Below are positions 26,135-36,132 of a DNA stretch of 40,812 nt, piece after piece. How positions within the stretch are numbered: position 1 is the first letter of the stretch; every line of letters begins with the position of its first letter. The notes beneath the pieces were generated by a model, which saw only the letters and a program-made list of their open reading frames with translations, was not told where the DNA came from and ran no database searches. A program made the translations under genes and the position numbers. This stretch comes from Octopus bimaculoides (taxonomy: Eukaryota): positions 173,650,465-173,691,276 of the forward strand of contig NC_068982.1 in the NCBI RefSeq assembly GCF_001194135.2. Reading direction: 5' to 3'.

Positions 26135-26350
26135 GGTTTCAAATTTTGGCACAAGGCCAGCAGTTTCACAGGAAACGGTGAAATCGATCAGATCGACCAC
26201 AAAGCTCAAGTTGTACTTATTTCATCGACCTTGAAAGGATTAAAGGCGAAGTCGACCTCGGCGGAATTTGAGCTCAGAACATAAAGACGGACGATATGTC
26301 GCTGAACATTTTACCCCGCATGCTAACAGTTCTGCCAGCTCGTCGCCTTA
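26135..26350 (-). mobile_element. SINE family A, tail type 3
   Basis: ttcaaattttggcacaaggccagc..aaaggcgaagtcgacctcggcggaatttgagctcagaac..ctgccagctcgtcgcc. Confidence 0.8.
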
Positions 26351-26389
26351 ACGGCATTCAGAATATTGGAAGCGAATCACACTCACACG

Positions 26390-26432
<43 letters not shown>

Positions 26433-26708
26433 ATTCATACACTCACACGTGCACATATAAAGTGAGTTATATGACGAAACGTTCATGCTTAGTATTAAAA
26501 GCATACGTGCATTAAACAAAGTCTAAAGTCTAAAGTGTAAGTACCAATTAAGTGAAGTAGTTCATATGCCTTGAGACACCTGAAATATGCTTAGTAATCT
26601 TTTTGATATCCATCGGTCATGGACTTTATTTATAGTCTGGTATGGAAGTAGATATTGGTGTAACTTCCATTCAAGTATTTCATTTGATTTGGTAATATTG
26701 GCGGCACC

Positions 26709-26924
26709 AAAAGGCGACGAGCTGGCAGAAACGTTAGCACACCGGGTGAAATGCTTAGCGGTATTCCGTCTATCTTTACGGTCTGAGTTCAAATTACGCC
26801 GAGGTCGACTTTGCCTTTCATCCTTTCGGGGTCGATATATTAAGTACTAGTTGCGTACTGAGTTAGACCTAATCGACTGGCCCCCTCCCCCAAAATTTCG
26901 GGCCTTATTCCTAGAGTAGGAAAG
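26709..26924 (+). mobile_element. SINE family A, full length, tail type 2, with 15-bp imperfect TSD
   Basis: The flanks aatattggcggcacc (26694-26708) and aatattgggggtacc (26925-26939) differ at 2 positions. Confidence 0.85.
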
Positions 26925-28469
26925 AATATTGGGGGTACCTGTCTTATTCCTGGAATATTGGTGCCATAGAATCAGCTTTTGACAATTTGTTCTATAATTT
27001 TTTTGTATTCCTCCCAGCAAAATTAGCCATCGTCAGTGTGAAACACAGTTTGAACAAGCCATCCTCGGTGTGAAATCCTAGAGTGGAAAAGATGATCAAG
27101 AAGTCGATAATCTTCATCAGGTATTATAAATAACAATTAAGTAAAAAAAAAAAAAAATTCTCGAGTAGATATCGAAAGCAGAAATCAGGTTTGATTCGTG
27201 GAAAATTCGCAAATTGGTTCACGAACCTCATTTCTTGCACGACTTTACCGTTGATTTTAATTAACGAACCAGAATCACGAAACACACTACTGTAGACATC
27301 GAGATGTTTATTTAACCAACGTGAATTCGGTTCTTTATTAAGGAGTACAATCTCGATTTAACTTCACCTTTCAAACTACTTGTGGCTAGATTTGGTTGAC
27401 ATTTAATATATATATATTCCATTCACATGCTTGTATATTTTTGTGCCTATACATACATACATACATACATACGTACATATACATACATATATATANNNNN
27501 NNNNNNNNNNNNNNNNNNNNNNNNNNNNNNNNNNNNNNNNNNNNNNNNNNNNNNNNNNNNNNNNNNNNNNNNNNNNNNNNNNNNNNNNNNNNNNNNNNNN
27601 NNNNNNNNNNNNNNNNNNNNNNNNNNNNNNNNNNNNNNNNNNNNNNNNNNNNNNNNNNNNNNNNNNNNNNNNNNNNNNNNNNNNNNNNNNNNNNNNNNNN
27701 NNNNNNNNNNNNNNNNNNNNNNNNNNNNNNNNNNNNNNNNNNNNNNNNNNNNNNNNNNNNNNNNNNNNNNNNNNNNNNNNNNNNNNNNNNNNNNNNNNNN
27801 NNNNNNNNNNNNNNNNNNNNNNNNNNNNNNNNNNNNNNNNNNNNNNNNNNNNNNNNNNNNNNNNNNNNNNNNNNNNNNNNNNNNNNNNNNNNNNNNNNNN
27901 NNNNNNNNNNNNNNNNNNNNNNNNNNNNNNNNNNNNNNNNNNNNNNNNNNNNNNNNNNNNNNNNNNNNNNNNNNNNNNNNNNNNNNNNNNNNNNNNNNNN
28001 NNNNNNNNNNNNNNNNNNNNNNNNNNNNNNNNNNNNNNNNNNNNNNNNNNNNNNNNNNNNNNNNNNNNNNNNNNNNNNNNNNNNNNNNNNNNNNNNNNNN
28101 NNNNNNNNNNNNNNNNNNNNNNNNNNNNNNNNNNNNNNNNNNNNNNNNNNNNNNNNNNNNNNNNNNNNNNNNNNNNNNNNNNNNNNNNNNNNNNNNNNNN
28201 NNNNNNNNNNNNNNNNNNNNNNNNNNNNNNNNNNNNCAAAAGCAAGTAATTAAAAAAAAGAGAGCAAAAGGTTAAAATAAGAAGAGAAAAAATGAAATAA
28301 AAAAATTATTTCGAAGGATCATATCAAATAATAATTAAAGATGTAAAAACGTAAATGAAAAAAATAAATATGAACTCTTTTATTCATTTACTTCTTTTAG
28401 TCATTTGACTGCCACCATGCTGGAGCACTGCCTTTAGTCGAACAAATCGACCCCAGGACTTATTCATTT

Positions 28470-28675
28470 CTACTCTAAGCACAGGGCCCGAAATTTTAGG
28501 GGAGGGGGGGGCAGTCGATTATATCGACCCCAGGACGCAACTGGTACTTAATTTATCGACCCCGAAAGGATAAGCCGATCTCGGCAGAATTTGAACTCAG
28601 AACGTAATGACAGACGAAACACCACTAACCATCTTGCTTGGCGTGCTATCAATACTGCCAGCCCGTCGCCTTACC
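28470..28675 (-). mobile_element. SINE family A, tail type 2, nested in family B
   Basis: caactggtacttaatttatcgacc..gaatttgaactcagaacgtaa..ctgccagcccgtcgcc. Confidence 0.8.
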
Positions 28676-28851
28676 CACCAGAACTTATTCTGTAAGGTCT
28701 TTTTTGCCGAACCGCTAGGTAAAGGGACGTAAATACACCACCATCGGTTGTCAAGCGATGGTGGGGGGGACAAACACAAACACATACACGACGGAATTCT
28801 TTCAGTTTCTTTATTTCCTTATTGCCCACAAGGGGCTAAACATAGAGGGGA

Positions 28852-29424
28852 CGGATCTATTTTAAAACGGGGGCCACATTTTTCATTAATGCTTTACGTA
28901 GTGTTTTTGGTACGGAAATACTTTCAAACTTCGTATACTTATCTATTTTGTGTTATAGAACAGAAAAATATTTTTGTATTCGAATTTATTTCATGTAAAA
29001 AATTGTCTTATTTCGATAATTTCAACCAATCACTGACAAGTATTCAGTTGTTTACATTTACTCCTTTGGCTGATTAAGCGATGTAAAGCGTATTTAATCT
29101 CCATACCTTCGTTTTATTTGCTTTTTTCATTTTAAATTTGCTTTAACCCTAACCCTAACCCTAACCCTANNNNNNNNNNNNNNNNNNNNNNNNNNNNNNN
29201 NNNNNNNNNNNNNNNNNNNNNNNNNNNNNNNNNNNNNNNNNNNNNNNNNNNNNNNNNNNNNNNNNNNNNNNNNNNNNNNNNNNNNNNNNNNNNNNNNNNN
29301 NNNNNNNNNNNNNNNNNNNNNNACTAAGAGAAAAAGATGTTTTATATGACACATTCTACCAGTGTTCCAAGTTTCAAAGTGTTTCGTTAATGAAAAATGT
29401 GGCCCCCGTTTTAAAAAAGATCCG
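28852..29424. mobile_element. MITE with 40-bp TIRs, 6-bp TSD (AGGGGA) and internal (TAACCC)n, inserted in a SINE
   Basis: TIRs at 28852-28891 and 29385-29424 match at 38/40. AGGGGA is duplicated at 28846-28851 and 29425-29430. Removing the insert restores the SINE sequence catagaggggacaaacaagg. Confidence 0.9.
29144..29169. repeat. Telomere-type repeat (TAACCC)4+, truncated by a gap, internal to the MITE
   Basis: taaccctaaccctaaccctaaccc ta, then N from 29170. Confidence 0.9.
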
Positions 29425-29914
29425 AGGGGACAAACAAGGACAGACAAAGAAATTAAGTCGATTACATCGACCCCAGTGCATAACTGGTACTTAATTTTCG
29501 ACCCCGAATGGATGAAAGGCAAAGTCAACCTCAGCGGAATTTGAACTCAGAACGTAACGGTAGACGGAATACCGCTAAGCATTTCGCCCGGCGTGCTAAC
29601 GTTTCTGCCAGCTCACCGCCTTTAGTTTCAGCTTCCGTCTACCAAATCCACTCTCAAGGCTTTGGTCGGCCCGAGGCTATAGTAGAAGACACTGGTCCAA
29701 GGTGCCATGTAGTGGGACTGAACCCGGAACCATGTGGTTTGGAAGCAAGCTTCTTACCACATTTTCACGAATTGGTATGCACTAACATGCTTCCTCTTTC
29801 TGCACACACACACACACACACACGGACGCACGCCTGCATACATTTATACATGTATGCAGAGACGCATCTTGATATTCGAATAAATAAAAAGTTGAAGAAA
29901 GATAAAATAATGTT

Positions 29915-30380
29915 AGTTCAAAATTGTGGCAGAAGGCCTGGAATTTTTGGAGATGGGTAAGTCTATCACTTCGATCGCAGTACTCAACTGGTACTTATTT
30001 TATGGAGTAGTCTGAAAGAATGAAAGGCAAAGTCGACTTCGAAGGATTTGCACTCAGAACGTAAAGCGCCGGAAGAAATGTTGTTCTGCATTTTGTCCGA
30101 CGCACTATGGATTCTGTCGGCTCACTGCCTTCATAAAGGCATTTTGGACACTACAAATGTTGTTGTTGATAAGGTGGTGAACTCAGTAGAATTGTTAGCG
30201 CGTCGGAAAAAATGCTTAGCAGCTTTTTTCCTTTAAGTTCCGAGTTCAAATTCCGCCACGGTCAGCTTTAGACTTTCATCCCTACAGGGTCGATAAAATA
30301 ACGCACCAGTCAAGTTCTGAGGTCGATGTAATCAACTTCCTCTTTCCCTCAAAGTCTTGTGCCAAAAATGAAAAAAATTA
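29915..30380. mobile_element. Two degenerate family A SINEs (minus, then plus)
   Basis: ctggtacttattt..gaaagaatgaaaggcaaagtcgac (minus) and gagttcaaattccgcc..ctttcatcc..ggtcgataaaata (plus). Confidence 0.6.
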
Positions 30381-30548
30381 TTATTGTTGTTCTTGTTGCT
30401 GATGGTAGTGGTGGCGGCGGTAATTGTAGTGGTGGTGAGGTAGTTGCAGCTAATTTTATTATATTTTGAAGTCTGTCTCACTAACTGACGCCTGTCAGTT
30501 TCTTTCTAACTCATTGTCGACTCTCCTTTCTAAGGGTGTGTAACTCAC

Positions 30549-30582
30549 CTGTTCTGACAATGCAGTAATCCATCAAATATGA
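30549..30582 (-). CDS. Candidate 34-nt internal exon
   Basis: Near-consensus splice sites: gttaacattctgtttcatttcacag acceptor and CAG|gtgagt donor. Open as xIFDGLLHCQNx or SYLMDYCIVRTx. Confidence 0.3.
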
Positions 30583-30943
30583 CTGTGAAATGAAACAGAA
30601 TGTTAACTGTGCTGGTATCATGTTACCAGACATTACACATATTACTATTGTTAATTCTATATTGATGTTTACAAATGTCATAAGAGCAGGTAAATTTATT
30701 AATTAATAACACTCTAGGGGGTTTTCGTAGTTTCAGAAATAGCTGGTTAGTGCAAAAGGTAGAGTAAAGAGCCCAATGTCTGACGCTTTACGACAAAGAG
30801 GATGGTTAGTCTCAAGTTTCTTAGTTCAAATGGTACCGGTGTCCATGTGTGTGTGTGTGTGTGTGTGAACGTTTGTGAGTGTATGAAAGAACATCTCAGA
30901 TATATGAAAGATCTCATACAATATGCGCACACTGACAAACACA

Positions 30944-30987
<44 letters not shown>

Positions 30988-30997
30988 NNNNNNNNNN

Positions 30998-31042
<45 letters not shown>

Positions 31043-31285
31043 AATCTCTTTCTTACACACGTACATACTCTCTCATTCTCTATCACATATTTTATCTCTC
31101 TCTTTCTCTTTCTCTCTCTCTCTGTCATAAACGAAGAACAAAGAAAGGCAAAAAGTGCGCACGTCACACAATGTACTCCTGTGTCTTATACAGTTTCAAG
31201 GGTGTTGCATGTCGAAGTTCTGATCAAACTATTAAATTAGTTAATTGAGTGAAACCACACATGCGTCTGACTAAAGGCTCTATGG

Positions 31286-31459
31286 CAGTGGTACTTAATC
31301 CTTTTAAATATCTGAACCAAATCCAAAACCTGGATGTTTTTAGGGGCCCCGTACCAAAAAAGTAAAACACGAGTCAATTAAAGAAAAGTCTATTATATTT
31401 CTAGAGATAAAACCGTCGTGGGGCTGCCAAAAGGGTGCTTCAGAGCCTGGGAGCCGCTG
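31286..31459. mobile_element. 174-bp non-autonomous hAT (Charlie-like) element
   Basis: The ends read cagtggtactta and (reverse complement) cagcggctccca, resembling CAGTGGTTCCCA hAT termini. The 8-bp TSD is ctctatgg (31278-31285) / ctctatag (31460-31467), close to the nTCTAGAn preference. Confidence 0.65.
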
Positions 31460-31518
31460 CTCTATAGTATTTTGTTTCGTTTTTCAAGACGCTGCACTTA
31501 AATCAAGTCCGGAGTACT

Positions 31519-31566
<48 letters not shown>

Positions 31567-31671
31567 NNNNNNNNNNNNNNNNNNNNNNNNNNNNNNNNNN
31601 NNNNNNNNNNNNNNNNNNNNNNNNNNNNNNNNNNNNNNNNNNNNNNNNNNNNNNNNNNNNACACACGCACA

Positions 31672-32214
31672 TCCTTGAGAGTCGATGAGTGATCTGGAAG
31701 ACCTGCGCGAGCATCAACCCCGGAAATATGGCATCGTGCGTCCAGAATTCGTCTCGGTCAACCGAGAGTTCTACTGCGACGTTTTGAAGTGTTTGAGGGA
31801 GGACATTCGGTGAAAACGACCGGATCATTGGAAGGCGAAGAATTGGATTCTTCACCAAACTCTCCTCACTCTTGAGTTTCTCGCCAAAAACAATATGGTG
31901 TCACATCCACACCCACCCTGTTCACCAGAGTTAGCACCTACGGACTTCCATCTCTTCCTCAAAATGAAAATGCAGCTCAAAGGTCGCCGTTTTAACACTG
32001 TTGTCAAGGTCCTGAGCGAATCGCAGAAGGTCTTCGACTCTCATACGGGAAACGACTTCCAAGCCAGCCGGATTCCCAAAGTGGCAGGAACACTGGGACC
32101 GGTGTATTGCTGCGCAAGGTGGCTATTTCGAAGGAGATGATGTTAAAATTCAAGTAAATAAGTTAATTTTTATTAAGCATTACTAGTCGGGGAACCTTTT
32201 GATACCACCTCGTA
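31672..32214 (+). mobile_element. Internally deleted mariner transposon remnant (different family from 11590) with right TIR
   Basis: Pieces translate to SVNREFYCDVLKCLREDIR*KRPDHWKAKNWILHQ, HPHPPCSPELAPTDFHLFLKMKMQLKGRRF and FPKWQEHWDRCIAAQGGYFEGD. It ends ttttgataccacctcg plus TA (32213-32214). Confidence 0.85.
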
Positions 32215-32342
32215 CACGTAAATTTGTATATAAACTATACACATACACACATGTGCACTCAGACACACACACGCACACGCATGCATACGTGCGCGCGCAC
32301 ACACCCACAGATATGTGTGCGCTCGTTTTGTGTGTACGTGTT

Positions 32343-32566
32343 ATTTCTTTACTACCCACAAGGGGCTACACACAGAGGGGACACACAAGGACAGACAAAC
32401 GGATTAAGTCGATTATATCGACCCCAGTGCATAACTGGTACTTATTTAATCGACCCCGAAAGGATGAAAGGCAAAGTCGACCTCGGCGGAATTTGAACTC
32501 GGAACGTAGCGGCAGACGAAATACGGCTAAGCGTTTCGCCCGGCGTGCTAACGTTTCTGCCAGCTC
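32343..32566 (-). mobile_element. SINE family A, tail type 1, with perfect 13-bp TSD
   Basis: GTGTGTACGTGTT at 32330-32342 and 32567-32579. Confidence 0.9.
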
Positions 32567-33760
32567 GTGTGTACGTGTTTGTTTCAATTCAAACATAAGC
32601 GTCACTTGCTAACGAGCATGTCCTCTCAATGATTATCATGCTGTTTCTAAGCTCTTTTTAGGTGCCTACATAATCGTGAACATGCTAGCGACTCCCTTCC
32701 TCATTTATGCCAGTTTTGACCCGAGGGAATACCGAGGTTGTGACAGCGGAAGGGAAAGAGGACTACACCAGTTTTAGGTATTCATTATGAGTTGAGTAGA
32801 CAAGAGTAGCGAGAAATGAAGTATCTTGCCTAAGTACGCAATGCAATGTCTATAAAACGCTAACTAGTCTGCAGGTCTTAACTGTGTTTGTTAGTGTGTG
32901 TGTGTTTGTGTGTGTGTGTGTGCGTGTGTGTGTGTGTGTTATATCTGTATGTATACATGCACGTATCTTTGTATGTATGAATGTCATTATTCAGTTTATT
33001 TCAAGATTTCTTGCCAATAGAGAAAGAGTCGGTTTCTAACCTAGATCCAAGTCTCCTTCATTGGAATTTCAACATCAACAACAGGACATATTTGTATGTA
33101 TGTATGTATGTATGTATGTATGTATGTATGTATACGTACAGATTTCTATATTTTGTTTTATGTATGTCTTCTCATGCATATACTTGCCTATCTAGAATGT
33201 TCATATATACTTATATCATATTTATTTATGTATGTATGTATGCATGTATGTATTATGTATATGTAAATATGTGTTGCACTTAGATGTATGTGTGTATAAC
33301 TGGCTCCAACGTTTATTGACACCTTACATTCGATTCACATGACAATAGCGAAGCAAATAATTGCTTCTCGCTGCGTATTATTTACTGAGTTTACAACACG
33401 GAAAACATTTCAAAGTAAAGGTAAAAATACTTTATTATTTAGGAATTAGTTCATATACTCATTGTCTTGTACTTAATTTACTTCATAATTACACTAGGTA
33501 ATTTATTTTGACTAATCGCTAATATACAAACAAAAAGAATTCGTTGTAACTTTAGAAGACAATTATGTAGGTAAAATGATATCTCATAAGTAGAATACTA
33601 ATGAACTAATGTATAATCACATACGTGTTAAACGTAAAATTAAAAATATTTGACGAAGACACATTTATTTGTCGGCGTGTAGCAGAGAAAAATTCATTAT
33701 GAGTTTCGTTGCTGCTTCGAAATTTCCTTAGAAAATTGTATCCCCTGAACGGCTCTCAAG

Positions 33761-33828
33761 TAATCCCTAACTAATTGTACTAAATCCCTAACTAATTGTA
33801 CTAAATCCCTAAGTAATTGTACTAAATC
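33761..33828. repeat. 21-bp tandem repeat, about 3.3 copies
   Basis: Unit taaatccctaactaattgtac. Confidence 0.9.
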
Positions 33829-33969
33829 ATAAATTTACTTGGAAGGCCATATATATATACTGTTTAGAGATTTATACGAGTGAATATATATATATCAGTT
33901 TTAAGAGTGTTGTGTTGTTAGAAAACCACAGACAACTGTCAAATATTCTTTCACTCGTATAAATCTCTC

Positions 33970-34038
<69 letters not shown>

Positions 34039-35554
34039 CACCCATAGAACTGATATGTAGATAATAATAACCATTAAAACTTATATGTCTGTTTTGTATT
34101 TGGTTTAAAAAATTCATGTTATGAATACGAGAGTGGAAACAGATTCTGTTGTATGTAGGGAGGGTCGTTATGCTAATAACGAACATACGCACTGGTCCTT
34201 TTTTATTTCTTTTAATATTATTAGGTAATTTGTTAATATTGAACCAATCAACTAATCTAGTGGTTGATTAAACTTTCGGTCAATCGTCAATGAGCTAAAG
34301 TTCTTTTGTCCATTTGTAACCATGGCAATGAAAACCTTTCCAGGTCTGCTACAGGTTTGATTCCGTCTTCTTATATATTATATGTGTCCAAATACATGCA
34401 TGGACGCGCGCGCACGCACACAAACATCAGTGGATGGTTTAGTTCACTAACTTAGCAATTATCCTTAATAATCCGGTCAGTTAAAGAATGTTTAGCTTTC
34501 AAGACAGAGCCCCCAAATAAAGGTATGCTTTTTTTTCAGCCCTATCTCAAAACTCATCGAAATGAGATAAAACCAAAAGATTTCCAGTTTCTACCATATC
34601 TCACAAACCCTATTTTCCCTTCAAGAAAAGTGCACCGAGGATTTTGTTATCTAATGTTTTCCCTTTTAAAATAACGGGATATGATTCGAGGGTTATTCAG
34701 TTTCTATTTCTAGCAGCTCGAGCGACCATGTAAACGTGTATTATATTCGTTTGTTTTCAGTAATTACCTTTTCTTACATATATCAATTATAAATATAATT
34801 GTTTATCTTCTAATTATAACTTTGCTTCTATATACATACTTTATAAATAAATGTATTCATATCTGTGCGTGTGTGAGTGTTTGTGTGTGCGTACGTGTGC
34901 GTGTGTATATATGCGTGTGTATGTATGTTTGTATTTTTGTCTGTATACTCATTTTATCAGAAAGTCGAGTGTATGTATAAACACATACACACGTACGCAC
35001 GCACGCGCAAGAAATAATGCAGATAAACACTGTTAGGATTGACATACATGTATTTACAAACAAAACAAAATATAAAGAATTTATGCAATGTCCTAACTCG
35101 GCAGCTGTTTCAGGAAGCCAAGAGTTAAATATCAATCGTAATTTAGAAGTGATATATGCATAACGTCATATATACGTCACTGTATCGAGCAGATGATCGG
35201 ATGTTGTTATAGACCGCTACTCACAATCTGTTTCCTCATATTGTTGCAGGTTTTGAATGATACTAATCTGCAGACTAGGTGTGGTGGCTAACATTCTCTT
35301 TTGTATATGTATGTATGTATACGTATATACATATTTACTTATTTATATTTATTTATTTATATTTATTTATTTATTTATTTATAGTTTGGACTAATGGGTA
35401 TTTATCAGTTAGTGTGCTGATGTGTTGAGTAAAGCACTAGTACAGTTTGAGTTACCTAGTGTCATCCGCAGTTGGAACATATTTCCGTTGGATCTACTTC
35501 GGGAATTCTGTATTATTAGATGAGATAATAATCGACTAAGGAAACAGAAGATGC

Positions 35555-35800
35555 ATAACTCTTTATTTTGTACGACAATTGTTTCGACCTATCCTGCGAA
35601 TGTCCTTAACTGAAGCGGGCAAATGACAGCATGACTACCCAAACACAAGATCTTTAGCGAGATATCACTTTATGTATGGATGTACCTGATGTGACCCAGA
35701 CAGCAAAATTGATGCAACACAATATGAAGCACAGTATACCACCGATAAAGGACAGTCGCAGGATGGGTCGAAACGATCATCGTACAAAATAAGGAGTTAT
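35555..35800. repeat. 53-bp inverted repeat pair, Penelope-like pseudo-LTR remnant
   Basis: 35555-35607 and 35748-35800 are reverse complements at 47/53. The arm contains ggtcgaaac followed by an AATAAA/AATAAG signal. Confidence 0.75.
35681..35786 (+). ncRNA. Degenerate minimal type I hammerhead ribozyme
   Basis: The motif reads TGTAC-CTGATGt-GACCC..(67 nt)..GGGTC-GAAAC-GATC-aTC-GTACA. Stem I (TGTAC/GTACA) and stem II (GACCC/GGGTC) pair perfectly. There are two core deviations (A9>T and G16.2>A), and the inverted copy retains GAAAC-AATT-GTC. Confidence 0.6.
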
Positions 35801-35829
35801 ACCAATTCCATCTTCCGTTTACTTAATGG

Positions 35830-35895
<66 letters not shown>

Positions 35896-36079
35896 NNNNN
35901 NNNNNNNNNNNNNNNNNNNNNNNNNNNNNNNNNNNNNNNNNNNNNNNNNNNNNNNNNNNNNNNNNNNNNNNNNNNNNNNNNNNNNNNNNNNNNNNNNNNN
36001 NNNNNNNNNNNNNNNNNNNNNNNNNNNNNNNNNNNNNNNNNNNNNNNNNNNNNNNNNNNNNNNNNNNNNNNNNNNNNNN

Positions 36080-36132
<53 letters not shown>

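Larger units (their letters stand above)
28811..29620 (-). mobile_element. SINE family A, tail type 1, nested in family B and interrupted by the MITE
   Basis: Tail at 28811-28851 and body/head at 29425-29620 rejoin across the AGGGGA TSD. Confidence 0.85.
28375..29760 (-). mobile_element. SINE family B split into three parts by two family A insertions
   Basis: Tail at 28375-28465, middle at about 28680-28810 and head at about 29625-29760 are colinear with the 9340 copy on the reverse strand. Confidence 0.75.

Noticed and set aside
30590-30689. Plus-strand signal-peptide-like exon MKQNVNCAGIMLPDITHITIVNSILMFTNVIRA with a G|gtaaat donor
   Set aside because: Weak hydrophobic core, overlap with the acceptor tract of the better minus-strand candidate, and no downstream partner exon found.
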